Shown one piece after another: positions 12,522-25,083 of a stretch of DNA of 64,000 nucleotides; position 1 is the stretch's first letter; each line of letters starts with the position of its first letter. This DNA comes from Marsupella aquatica. Taxonomy: Eukaryota > Plantae > Marchantiophyta. Both the position numbers and the translations under genes were made by a program. A model generated the notes under the pieces. That model ran no database searches. It saw only the letters and a program-made list of their open reading frames with translations, and was not told the DNA's origin. The stretch lies in the NCBI GenBank assembly GCA_973895155.1, contig OZ316895.1:62001-126000 (forward strand), in the 5' to 3' direction.

Positions 12522-14348
12522 CACTCCTTAAAAGTGGCAAAAACATCAGACTTATTGTGTAGAAAGTATATCCACACATACCTTGAGTAATCGTCTATGA
12601 ACGTGACATAGTGTAACCGTCCAGAATGTGAGGGAGTAGGGGCTGGACCCCACACATCACTATGTATATACTCAAGTACCTCCTTGCTGGTGTGAGTTCC
12701 AACTCCGAAGGGTTTCCTGTGCTGCTTCCCTAGCACACAGTGCTCACAAAATTCCAACTTACAAGATTTCAAATTAGAAAGTAATCCTTTCTTCTGAAGA
12801 ATAACCAAACCTTTTTCACTCATGTGGCCCAAACGGAAGTGCCACAGCCGGGCCGTCTCCTCATGAGATAAGGTTACATTGGCTTCATCACAGACTACAC
12901 TGCCCTCCAAAACGTATAGATTGCTATGTCTCTTTCCCTTCAATACAACTTTAGTACCAGTTGAAACCTGAAGGACACCATTAGCAGAGCTCCACTGATG
13001 GCCATTTGCTTGTAAAACTCCAAGTGAAATGAGATTTTTCATCATGCTGGGAATATGTCTCACATTCCTCAACGTTCTCACAACACCATCAAACATCTGA
13101 AATCTTACAGATCCAAGTCCAACAACTTGACATGGGATTCCATTTCCCATCAACACTGACCCGTTGGAAACCGTGTAAGAACTGAAACAATCTCTTCTAG
13201 AGCAAATGTGAAAAGTATATGCACTATCTAGAATCCAGTCATCTTTACCTGGATTTGACACTACGTTGAGAGCATAACTTTGACATCACAATATGTCATC
13301 ATCATCGAGTAAATCTACCTCATGCGAGCTCGATGCCGCATTAGCAGAGGTAGTAGGGACCTTTACTCGACAATCCCTTTTCATGTGGCCAGGCTTGCCA
13401 CAATTCCAACATGCAAGAGGCTTCCTCTCTTGCGATTTCCCTCTGGATTTAGATCTCCCCCGTGATGTAGATCTAAACCTATTCTGCCCATTCGTGCGCT
13501 ACGCTGCTCTTCCCCTGTTCACATTGAGCGCAGTGCCAGAAGAAGATGTTGTCTGTGAGACCTAGCTTCTTCTGAGCATCATCAGACAATAATGAGCTCA
13601 CCACCTCATTATACGAAATGGACTTCAGATCTCTGTACAAGAGCACCTGTTTCAAGCCCTGATAAGACGGCGGTAAGGAGCTTAGCAGAAGCAAGGCCTT
13701 ATCCTCATCTTCAACTCCTTTTCCCAGGTTTGACAGATCCACCGCTAGACTGTCAAATTCATCCAGGTGATCCTGCATCTTGCTCCCTTCCTTGAGCCTA
13801 AGGCTCATCAAAAGAGACTTCTTGTACAGCCGGTCTGACGCATCTTCTCGGTAGTACTTCTCTCTTAGAGCCTTGAACAGTGATGTACAATCCGCATAAT
13901 CATCCAGCTGCTTGATGATGTGCGGCTTGAGATATAGCATCATTGCATTGACAGCAATCACCTGCTCTTGTCTCCACTGTCTCAAAGAAATCTCCTCCTC
14001 TCCATCATACTGCTCTCGCGAAGAGAGCAGATGAGCTAAGCCCATGGCCCGTAGAACACCCTTCACTTGCTTCTCCCACAACAAGTAGTCAGTACGATCA
14101 TCGTACTTCTCCACCTCAAACTTTACTCCTCCGAATCTAGCCATCTCCCTCTTCTTCCCTACTACCGACAGCTCTGGTAGTAACACAGCTTCCTCCACTG
14201 CACGTCGTACCGGTGATCGTACCGATGTCACTAGTTCTTCCTCAAACGGTAGCAGCTCCTCCTCAGACTCTCCGTCTGACCGTCGCGATCCTGAAGCTCC
14301 ACCGACGCCAATTCTTCCAGTATCCTCTGAGTCACTCATATGAAACAA
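12522..14348 (-). pseudogene. Copia gag-protease-integrase (frameshift near 13530, truncated by insertion)
   Basis: KFEVEKYD..YLLW, LLSSLPPSY, CWNCGKPGHMKRDC, WILDSAYTFHIC, LWHFRLGHMSEKGL, CEHCVLGKQH, YIHSDVWGP. Confidence 0.9.
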
Positions 14349-15430
14349 TCACGAAAAAACGTCTTTTTTCAAAACTTCTCATAAAACTCAAAACTCAACA
14401 CCGCCGCGTAGCCCACGAAGCTAGGAGTCCAATACTGAAAGCCAAAATCAAAATCAAAATTCGACGGAAAAGTTATTCAAATTTCAGTCGGGGTGGGTAA
14501 AACCTTGGGAAACTCCCCCGTTTTGATCATCTCGGAGAATAACCGAAATACCCAGTACAACCCGTCGTCGGAATCGTGATGTGATCGGTGCGCCGCGTTG
14601 CTAACTCCAGTGGGCAACATCCTCGCCAAAAAAGAACCAAAAAAGTTACCGTTCGGCGGACGGAATCTTTGTCGGACGGCCGAAAAACAGCTCTCTATTT
14701 TTCGGGAATATTCCCACACAGTACAGCAGGTCTCATAGGGGGCAGTTCCCCCTGTCCAAGCGATTAAAACGGAGGGCGGCAGATCCCGGCACATGGGACA
14801 AACTAATGAGAGGGAAAATGTTGCCGAATTGCACCGGCGCAGTCTACTGCTCCAGCAGAATAAAAAAAATCCGTTGCGTCGCACTCACTCCGCGTCAAGT
14901 GCCAATCCCGGACTCAAAATGACCGCTTTGCCGCGATCAAACCGTTGAGCCGTAGCACTTCGCGTTTCTTCCACCGAGTCGGACGTCACGAAGAGAAACC
15001 CGGTTCAGATGAGAACAAGCTCCATAGCTTGTGAAAAAACCTGAACGCCTTCGTCACTCGTCACATCGCACTCGGTAACAACTCGGCAACAAATCAACTA
15101 CCAAAACGATCAGCTTGCTTCAACCTTCAACTTGAGCTACAACATGCGACGCCTCCCGCACCGCACAGCTCACACTGTTGAAAACACAAACTCTGGTCTC
15201 TCCCCCAAAAAACCGTCGAACACGAATAAAACCTGAACGACGCAAACTTTGATTCCTCCGCACCACGGATACCGATCAGCGAGTTCTAACCACCGTTAGA
15301 AATCCCTCTCACTAACCTATCCGCACAGCCACAGACATTCAAGTTTCATGCGACGAAACTCTGAATGTACCATCGACAATGAACGCTGGAAAAAACCTGT
15401 CACGAAAAAAACCTCGTCACCTCCCAGGCA

Positions 15431-15443
15431 TGCTCTGATACCA
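15431..15443 (-). promoter_or_regulatory. PBS, initiator tRNA-Met
   Basis: Minus TGGTATCAGAGCA, 2 nt from the LTR end. Confidence 0.92.
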
Positions 15444-15445
15444 CT

Positions 15446-15863
15446 TGTTGAGCATAGACGACATTCGTAACGGCAAGCCCATAAACCATCCAACGCACAA
15501 TAGTCGACACAGAGAGATACGTGGTTCACCTCCACATGAGGCTACGTCCACGGGAACACACAAGAGCTTTACTGCACTCTAGGCCAACCGGCCATACCAA
15601 GCATCCACAGCACAAGCTCTCCCTATCTCTCAACTAGCTCCGTAACAATGAGCCTTTGTTCCACCAGGGTCTGGCATCAGCCCTGGCTATATGCACAACA
15701 GCACTACCGCTAACCTGAGTTAGCCTAACTGTGGTTAGCACAAGAGTCACAAGACTAGAGCAATATCTAACACAAATGAGGGCCTTAGCGGTAATTAATG
15801 TACTAAAAACCTGTTTTTAGGAAATGGGTCCATTTTCTCGATCCCTACTATTGCAGACTAACA
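15446..15863 (-). repeat. Copia 5' LTR (~418 bp)
   Basis: Minus TGTTAG...CAACA, with a TATA-like TATATA inside. The outer end is inferred from the terminal inverted motif only. Confidence 0.7.
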
Positions 15864-17052
15864 AACAAGGGCCCCCTTTCATTTCATTGTACGTGGCAGC
15901 TTGTGATTAGTGAAACGTCGTTGGAATGTGTGTGACATCAACATTGCTTCCCCTTGTTTTGGGGGACAAAGCTGAGGAGAGGAGAGGAACCGAGAGGCTG
16001 GTAGAGAACAGAGCCGGAGGACTTATTCTTTTGTGGGAGAGAGAGAGAGTAATGAGGACCAAACAATCGCCACGAGGCCAGTTCCTTAGGAGATATACCC
16101 CGACGCAGCTGTGTGCCCGGCCAACAATTTGATGCTCCTTGCTTCTCTCGGTTGATTGGCACTCTCCGGTAAGCTGTTCCGAGAAATTGAGCTTTTGTTT
16201 TGCGCGTAGATAGCTGGTTAGGTGCTCATGTGATCTTTCGGATTTAGGTGGCATTTGTCGAGCTGCTTGGCATAAATTGATCGACCATGGAGAGGAGTGT
16301 GGGACATAGTTGTGCTGCTGTGTGGAGTCTCGTCGAGCTCACAATGTCTGTTGCTTTTCTTGTGGACCTGTGAATGGATTTTTTCGTGAATTTAGGTTTG
16401 GCAGGAAGGTAGGTGTCGATCGGTGGTGGGTAGTAAGCTCGGTCAAGCTGATTCTCTCTGTTGTTGTTGTTGTGTTGTTGACGGGTGGATGAATTTGGTG
16501 TGAATTTAGGGCTGCGACAAAGGTGGAGGTGCCGTAATTGATTTCAGTTGTGCCTGTGCTGCGTAGGAGGGAAGGAGATGAGGGCCATTTAGAGCTCGGC
16601 TTGGAGAGCGGGTTTTTCTTTGCAGAGGTATGAAGTTTCTTCCTCATCCTCAAGTCTAGTTGCACAGAGAAATCTGAGTGCTCCAGCTGCCTCCTCTGAC
16701 GCCGCCGGTACGGCGGTTAATGAGTGATTCGGTCTAACTGCGCTCGGTATGCGCGTTAGGAGTGTCTTAGGCCGCTATTATTAGCATAACGACAGTATTT
16801 AGGTAATCATTATGGGTAGGATATCATTAGGCAATAAGAGGGAATTCAGGTTCGGACTGGCGGCTGGTCGCTATTCGCACACCCGGGTTATGAGCGTGGA
16901 GGGGCCCCTCCTCGGGTCCGTATAACGAACTTAAGGAAGCGGCCACTGACACGCGCTGACTCAGACCGGCGGAGTGGCCGGCACACCACAAGCGTGAGCG
17001 GTTCAGCCTATGGGCGTCGAGGAGACGTCGGGGGATCGACAAGCCCTCAAGG

Positions 17053-17059
17053 TATAAAA
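17053..17059 (+). promoter_or_regulatory. TATA box of the family A LTR, ~108 nt upstream of the LTR ORF ATG
   Basis: GGTATAAAAGG, present in all four copies at the same position. Confidence 0.6.
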
Positions 17060-17160
17060 GGGGAGCCAACCCTTTGTAGTGCACCAGTCCATCAGTCCAC
17101 GCGCCAGCTTCGACCCTAGCTCTCTCGTTCGCTCTAAGTCGCCACTACTATCTCCTCTGA

Positions 17161-19775
17161 ATGTCGCACACGATCCTCTCCAGCTCGGCCATTCGATTCT
17201 GGACGCAGTTCCTATCTACCGGAAGGCACTTGGCCAACTCATTGAAACACGCCAACCCGCACCGATACAAAATCGAACGCGAGTACGAGAGAGCCATCCG
17301 CCTAGCAGGACGACACCACTACATCCTTAACTTTGACTACCCGTCTCAGAGCGAGCTTTACCGACCAGCAGAGGTATCCGGGTACTTCTTCAACGGAGAC
17401 AAATATATCAGGTTCTAGGAAGCATTGCTTCGGCTTCCGGACGAGGTCTTCAATATCCCGGGTACGATCGACTTGCAGCGACATCACTTCGACCACATCC
17501 CTGCTCAGGTTCGGGCTATCATCAACAGCGAGTCCAGCACTACCCGTTCGACAAGGTCGTCTGCACTCGCTTCGGAGAACTTCTACCAGCACCTACAGAG
17601 CTTCATAGGAACTCGGCCAGCAACCAACATGACCAACTCAGTTGTACCCGTACCCGTACCCGTACAACCTCAGGCTCAGCTTCAGCTTCAGCCTCAGCAG
17701 CAGCCTAGCCAAACCCCACCACCGATCGCCCAGCCAGCACAAGTACGCTCCGTCATCAACGCTGTGGATCTTAGCGATGACGACGAGGCTACCCTACCCT
17801 TGACCAGGCGGCCCAGAGGAACAAGCGCTCAGGGGGCCGATACTATATCGTCCCCACCCCCTGCTCTGACCCCAGGAGCGGCCCCGGCAGACAACATGGT
17901 GGCCGACCCGGGCCCGTTACTAACGGCAGTAGCACTACCCAGGCCCAATCGGGAGGATGGGGAGGTGTCACCTTCCCCAAGCCAGTCACAGGGGAAGAAG
18001 AGGAAGGAATCCGCCACTGCATCCGGGTTACCATTGGCCACGGTAGCCGTGGCCAAGGTGACGATGCACCGCATGGGGGAAAATGTTCACAAAAACATCC
18101 TCCATCCCAAGCATGCGGTGTACCTGAAGACTCAGGGATTCGAGCACCTCGCCTCCCTCCCCTGGAACACTTGCAGGTACTACGGGGAGGACATGACGGA
18201 GTTCGTCAGGAATTATGACGATGCGCGTCAACATACTCGGCTACGGGGAAGGAGTATGTCCCTCACGGAAGAACGGCTCAGGATGATCTTCGGGTTACCC
18301 GAAGGTGACCATCGAGTCGAATCACGGGCTCCCGGGGGCAAGGGAGCCAAGTACCAATCTTCAAGTTTTCCCTCAGAGGGAGCAGTGGACAACGGGTTCG
18401 TGATGAAAACCTGCCTCATCCCCGAGATAGCTGAGCGACTGGAGTTCGAGAGGTACGCCCTCCACCTGATGGAACCCCGGGGGGAGATCTCCGCCGCCCA
18501 GGTTATCCAGGTCGAGAACTATCGACCTAGAAGGTGGGCGTCGTACTTTGCTAAGAAATTCCATGAAGAGATGGAGCGGCGAAGGAAGACGCTGTACATT
18601 GGCGGGAAGGCGTATTTCGCTAGCCACATCGAGATCATTCTTGAGTGGTACGCCCGGTTTGATCGACGAACCCTTCCCCGTGTCAACGTTACAAAGCTGG
18701 TCCCAGCTAGGTGGGTTTTCCCGGCCTTGGAGAGACGGCCCCAGCCCGAGGCCCGAAGTCCAGCGGACACGCCAGCTTCACCCACCCCTGTAGTCGTAAC
18801 CGAGGAGGTACCGGATGGGTCGGGTGTCGCAACCGTTGATGCAACCCAACAGGCCGGGCTAAGTACAGAAGTCGGTACGGCGGAGGTCTTACCCGAGCCC
18901 GGTTCTCCCAAAGACCCACCGGTGGCTATTCCGGAGAACCGGACATTGCTACAGGAGGACGCTCCAGCCCCTTCCAACGTTACGTCCCCAGGGCTGGATG
19001 TCACTGCCCCGGCCCCCGCACGTGTGGACGTCTGCCCGTGCCCAACTCCGGACAGGCACAACCTGGACCACCCGGAACTCTTCGTACCGGGTACATTTCT
19101 GAACGGGCTTTTGGGAGATTTCTCTCATCAAATTGCCCGGGATACCGGGGAGTTCATGGCCCGGAAGGTAGCTTGTTTCTTCAATCAGGAGTTGGTTGCC
19201 GCAGTAAAGGAGGTCGGGCCCAGTCAGAGGCCCTTCAGAGGATAGAGCGATACCGGGTGGAGTCCGTGTACCTAAAGAACAAAGTTGTGGCTCAAGAGGC
19301 TGAGCTTCGGCAACTACAACCCAAGGTTGCAGCCGCCGATGAGTTGTTAGCAAAGGCGCACGCTCTTACCGCCCTAGCCGAACAGGCCAAAGCTGGGAAC
19401 GAAGCCGAGATTACACGACTCCGGAACCAGATTGACAGTTTGAAGAATCAAACTGTCACCTGGCAGAAAAACCTGGAGGAGGCCGAGGAACGGGCCCAGC
19501 GGGACACGGCGGAGATAGCCACGTTGCAGGCCGAGGTGGCGCGGCTCCAAACCGAGGCCGAGAAGCAGGACCAGCTGGCGGGTAAACTGACAAGTGACGC
19601 CCAGCAGTTGGAGGAGGCTTGTCAGGAGGCAGCAAAGGAGACGGACGCGACGAGGCGAGAGAACGAATCTCTGCTGGACCAGGTCCAGCTCCTCAAGGCG
19701 GACAATGATAGGCTTCGGAGGCAGCGGGATGGCCGCTCCCATTCAGGTGGCTCTGGCAAGCGTGCCAGGCATTAG
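17161..19775 (+). pseudogene. LTR-encoded ORF, copy 3 (stop at 17416..17418, frameshift near 19210)
   Basis: Three track ORFs reassemble the 871 aa protein. Confidence 0.9.
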
Positions 19776-21189
19776 CGGCGGAGTAGGAATAGATTAGGAT
19801 TAGGCCTAGCTTAGTCAGGCTCTTGGGACAGGCACCTGCCTTAGGTACAGCATCGCTGCCGTGCTGTCCAGCCTGCATAGATTAGGATCTTCTAATAAGA
19901 CACAGCCGTTTCCGGCCTGACTGTCAGCTTAGTTAGGACCGTAGTCAGTGAATCTTTGGTGAGAGGACACCCCGTCCCTCGGCCCTTAGTATTTAGTGCA
20001 CCCCTCGGTAGAGACGAGGGGGGGGTTTTTAGTTGCAAAGTTGGGCGTCCGCGGTATGTGCGGGGAGTCCCGACCTTTGGGAATGAAAGAGTACCAAGGG
20101 GAGGGGGTAGGACTAAGCTCGTCGGGCGAGTGCGGAGCCGGGCTCCTTTGTAGTGTGCACCCTCGGCCTTGAACCTATTCATTCCGGGGCTGTCGGGTCA
20201 ACTAAGTGTACGCATATGTTCCCTTTGTAGTAAAATCATTTCCCATCATTTTCCTTCGTGTAAATCGAGATTGTATGCATGTGCGTGTGTATGTGTGTGG
20301 GTTTCTCGTATATGGGTGGCAGCGCCAGGCCGAACGTACTACCCGAGACGTGCACAGGGTGTAGCCTGCGGGTAAGTGGTTGCGAGCACGGGTTGAGGAC
20401 CTGTATCATCGAATCCGGATCGAAGGCGGACAGCACGAAGGCTTAGAAGCCCTTAAGCCGGGGTCGATCCTGCTATCGACTAAGGTATGTTCTGGCGGCG
20501 GAACACAAACCATACCTAGGAGGTGTCCGTATTTAGCAGTATGCGCACTTAGCGCTAGTTTACGAGAATAAGGTGCATTACGTGCTTCCCTTCCTGCCCG
20601 AACCCTCAGATTTACGAGGGATGTGCCCGTCTAAGCTGAAGTCTGAGTTAAGGCCGCAGCCGATGACATGACACCTCCCCACCACCACCAGGACCTCCAC
20701 CTCCTCCACCACCGCCTCCCGTAGAGAAGACTCATTATGGAGGGCTTTCCGACGCGGATCGGATCTTCACCAACGTATATGGAATTCATGAGCCTTTTCT
20801 CAAGGGGGCGCAGAAGCGGGGCGACTGGTACCAAACGAAGGAGCTGGTCCAGAAAGGCACAGATTGGATTGTGAATGAGATGAAGAAGTCCAGTCTCAGG
20901 GGGCGAGGAGGCGCAGGTTTCCGTCCGGGTTGAAGTGGTCATTCATGCCTAAGGTTTCTGATGGACATCCATCTTATCTAGTCGTCAACGCGGATGAGAG
21001 CGAGCTAGGCACTTGCAAGGATCGCGAGATTATGAGGCATGATCCGCACAAGCTGATGGAGGGCGCCTGATCGCCGGCGTGGGAATGCGAGCAAGGGCGG
21101 TGTCGTAAGGAAATTAGATTATGTCGAGAAAAGCTTGGTTTTGTGTGAAAATATAAAAGTAGAGGTTTTTATGGTAAAAAGTAGATTTT

Positions 21190-21460
21190 GGGTTTTACCA
21201 AGTAAAATTATAAGTCTTGGTAATTTTCAAGATCTACCATAGTAAATAGTAACTTCTAGAATTTACCATAATAAAAAGGTAAATTCCAGTAACTTCTAGA
21301 ATTTACCATAGTAAGTAGTAATTTCTAGTATTTACCATAGTAAAAAGGTAAATTCCGGTACCTTCTAGAATTTACCATGGTAAAAAAGTGAGTTCTAGAA
21401 TTTACCGTGGTAAAAAAATAAAATCTAGTAAGTTCTAGTAAATTCTAGTATCTTCTAGGA
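21190..21460. repeat. Degenerate tandem repeats (TTCTAGAATTTACCATAGTAAA) in the putative U3
   Basis: About 7-8 imperfect copies visible. Confidence 0.75.
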
Positions 21461-22557
21461 TACTCTTGTAAAGGGACCAGCATGGCCTGGCTCCAACTAT
21501 AAATAAGAGGGAGGCTTGCCCTCCCAGGGGAAGTCCATTTTTCAGCATTTCAAGCGTATGAGTGTGAGAAGAGAGAGTGCATAGAGCGCATAGAGTGCAT
21601 AGAGTGCATAGTGTGCATTTGCATTGGAGGAATGCTTGAACATTGGTTCTAGGACTAAACAAAATGGCTATGCCGTCGGTTTCTATGGTGGAAGGATTCT
21701 AAGTTTCTTAATTCTTGGTCATGGAAGGCATTGCCACCATTTGAGTACCTTGAATATGGAGCTTTGAATCTGGCAAGGTCGGCTATGCCGCCAATACCAT
21801 AGATATAACGTCTACAAACCTGTGATCAAGTAGGAACGGCTCTGCCGCTGAACCTCTCTTAGTTAGTAAGCACATAGGAAGTATGAATGTCAATATTGAT
21901 TTGAATGAGAGTCCGCAGATTCTGAATTTGCGTTCTACGGTGAGTATTAAGTTGATTGTAAAGAGGAAGGTAGATATTAGACAAGTTCTTACATAGAAGT
22001 TTGGGGAAGAAGGATATACTGCAATTATCGCGTCGTCGGATCCATTGATACTATATAGATGCACAGATGGGGATGTGAGTGTGTTCATAATAGTGTAATA
22101 GAAGAGAGATCATAGTCAAGGGTTGATAGAAGCACGTAAAAAAGATTATCACTTGGAGGAGAGATTTGTGGAGTGTGGGCCTAGCCCCGACTACTCTGGT
22201 GTTATTGCCAATATCTGGAGTAGATCACACATATCTCTTGGTACCAAAAGTGCTTAGGAGTCTTTGCGGAAAAGGGTACGCCCTTCCCACCTAGCTTATC
22301 TGGAGAAAACCGCAAGAGGCACAGGAGAACCCAAGGAACTTGAGAAATGGCCAGGAGGGGACAAGGCTCTCAAGGGAATTGGTTCTAAGCATGAGGTCTC
22401 TTACAAGTGATAAGTAGCATAATTAGCACATGCAGCCAGGCACCCGGCGTGTTCTTGAGAACTTACTATTCCCAGGACATAAGTGACGACCATACTGGGG
22501 AAATCTCAAGGCTTGTGCTAATTAGAAGAGAGAATAGTTAGAGAGAATTAGGGCAAG

Positions 22558-24839
22558 ATGGGGCCCAAAGAGATTGCACAAATTGTCATGAGTGCTATGC
22601 GGGCGATGAAAGCCCAAGAAGAAGAGAAAGAGAAGAAGAGTGTATGAGCAAGCCAAATCACCAAGTGTTTGCGTGCAATGGTGGATCATGAAGGGGAATT
22701 TGACGGGAAGGATGTAACAAAATATCTGAAGGTGTATTGGAGAGAAGTCAAGCTCCACGACCTTGATGAGGAGACCGCAATCATGAAGTTCCCAACACTG
22801 GTGGAGCCAAAAATCAAGAAGGTGGTAGAGACATTGAGCAAGGAGGCCGAAGGAGAGAATGCGTGGAAAACATTCACTCAAAGGATGAAGGAGGAATTTC
22901 TTCTACAAGATGCGGACCAGATGACACAAGCCACATTCTTGGATTGGATCAATGAGCGTAACAAGAACTTGGGGCCGCAAGAGTTGTTGAAGGAGTTCAA
23001 CAAGAAGATGAATCAGCTTTCAATTACTGAAGCTGAGATAATCAAGCTACAGAAAGCGACATATTTTTTGAGATCTGCAGATAGCAAATTGCGAGATGAG
23101 TTTGAGTATGCACTTGACATACTACATCCTCAACGATTTGGGAAAGCTACATGGGAGCAGATTGAAAGTGCAGTTCTTTGGGTAAGCCAACGACAAAGGC
23201 AAAGAGAGTGGGATGATGAGGCTATAGCAAGGGCACCAATCCGAAGTAGTGAAGTTCACATCAAAACATCTGGAGTTGAGAAGAAAGAGAATGCGGTGGA
23301 CGAGTTGTCCAAGTTGATGGAAGGATTAAAAATCCTGACCACTAAAGTGCTTTGACAACAAGTCATTCAAGAGGAAGCTCATGAAAGAGGAAGCTCTAGC
23401 AAGAGCATAATCTATTCATGTATGTGGTGTGATAGCAAAGATCATACCAAGCGAGAATGCAGAGAGCTGTCTATGGCGCTCCGTAAGCAAATAATCAAGT
23501 TTGTTGGTGAACCAGACATGAAGAAGATATAATACTGGTGAATCTGTGCCATTGAACAACAACAAAGGAGGAATGAAAACTTTGGTGGAGAAGCATTTGA
23601 GAGAAAGGGAGTCAGCAATGGTTACCGCTGCGTTCGAGCCCAATGTCTACAATGCTCAAAGTGAGACAATATGCAAGAAGAAGCTAGGTGAAGCTGAAAA
23701 GAAAAGATTGGCGGAGCATTTGCGGCAAAAGACTGGTTGGGATGCACCAGTACTCATAACTTCAATCACAGCAGAAGTTGGAGCTGCATGGGAAGCCATG
23801 GTTGACGAAAAGAGGAAGAGTGATTCACAGTCACAAGAGGAAGTTCAATCCAAGGAAAAGCAACAACGAGTGGAAGCCGTCAAGAGACCACTTAGAAGAA
23901 AGGAAGTATGGTTCGAAGAGAAAGATCCAATGAATCACGATCCCAGTCCAGGTACTGCATGTGGCAAGTTCAAAGGATTCCGACAAACCACTGTCGACAA
24001 GCAAAAAAGGACCAGGATGGATGTTGAGCCGAGAGGTGGAGATGGAACTTGATCCGCAAGAAATTGCCAACAAGTTTTGGAGACAAGAAGTGAAGGGTTT
24101 CTCTAATGAGGAATTCTTTGGCAGTCTGAGAAGAGATGTGCAAGACATCATATTGTCCAAAGCAAAGAAAAAGTGATTCTACAAGGAAGGTCCACACACA
24201 CTTCAACTTTCACAAGAGGATGAAAGTGATATCAGAGAAAGTTATCAACTTGAGGTAGACCATGAAGATGAGTTGGAGCAAGTTGAGAAAACCGTTGCAG
24301 TCTATGAAGCTACAGGTGAAGAAAGAAGTGGGTCTTTGGCGTCCAAGGTCGAGGAGACACAAGAATCATATTGGGCCCGAGGGTGCAGTGAATGTGAAAT
24401 TGAGATGGAGGGGATTGAGGGACCAGTCTGTGCATTAATTGACACAGGATCGGAAGTGAACCTGATGTCAAAAAAATTGTACGAAGACGGGCAATGGGTG
24501 GTGGACTGTGACATCCAGTGGAAGGTGAATTCTGTCAATGCCACCAAAAATGCATTGTGGGGTGCTTGCCCAAATGTGAAGATAAAAGTGGGCAACGTAA
24601 TCGAGCCTATTAATATTTTTGTCCATGATAGTCTACCATATCCAATCATTTTAGGGCAGCCATTCATCACACAACTGAGAATGGAGACTAAGGTGTTGGA
24701 TGATGGCACACATGTGGCAAAGGTGAAGAGCCGCAATGGTATGAGAATTGTCCAATTTCCGACTGTTTGGCCAGGAAACGAGATAAATAGGCGGGAGCTT
24801 AGGGCTCCAGAGAAGAAAAATACTTGGGGTTTCCACTAG
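22558..24839 (+). pseudogene. gag (CCHC knuckle) and aspartic protease, multiply disrupted
   Basis: FDGKDVTKYL; CMWCDSKDHTKREC near 23418; ALIDTGSEVNLM and YPIILGQPF. Confidence 0.8.
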
Positions 24840-25063
24840 GCGTCCCGACAACAAAGGTGGGAGATCGAGGCGCCAAGAGGGTAACCCCACCACAAGCTGA
24901 AGAAGTCAGTATTGAGAAGTATTTCATATCCTCATGTGTTGGCATAGGGACAGATAAGGTTGTCTCCTTCTTACATACAAAGGAAGCAACTAGAAAACTA
25001 CAAAAAAGATTGAGGAGAAGAGAAGGTATGATGCAAGCAGCAAAAGAAATTGAAGAATGCTTT

Positions 25064-25083
25064 ACCCTAAACCCTAAACCCTA
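25064..25083. repeat. Short plant telomeric tract (CCCTAAA) x ~3 at the Gypsy/LINE junction
   Basis: ACCCTAAACCCTAAACCCTA. Confidence 0.75.

Larger units (their letters stand above)
12522..15863 (-). mobile_element. Ty1/Copia element (Tork/Tnt1-like), 5' half, interrupted in integrase by the family A Gypsy
   Basis: LTR, tRNA-Met PBS, ~1.1 kb leader, then gag-PR-INT order. The frame breaks at FKE(W) exactly at the Gypsy LTR. Confidence 0.9.
16695..20673 (+). mobile_element. Solo LTR of family A with 5 bp TSD CCTCC
   Basis: Reverse complement of 8512..12521. CCTCC at 16690..16694 and 20674..20678. 5' TG is mutated to TC. Confidence 0.95.
16578..21103 (+). pseudogene. NDUFV1: Relic of mitochondrial complex I 51 kDa flavoprotein subunit gene (5' part), split by a solo LTR
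   Basis: 16578..16694 joined to 20679..21103 reads a transit-peptide-like leader, then [96 protein letters not shown]. It has one early stop and two frameshifts. Confidence 0.92.
21104..25063 (+). mobile_element. Second Gypsy-like family, 5' part: putative LTR ~21104..22405, gag, protease; truncated before RT
   Basis: (C)GTAAG...CTTACA ends, TATAAAT at ~21499, then gag and protease ORFs. LTR limits are uncertain and no clear PBS was found. Confidence 0.65.

Noticed and set aside
22236-22250. TGGTACCAAAAG as PBS of the second Gypsy
   Set aside because: It matches tRNA-Met poorly and has no adjacent CA LTR end.
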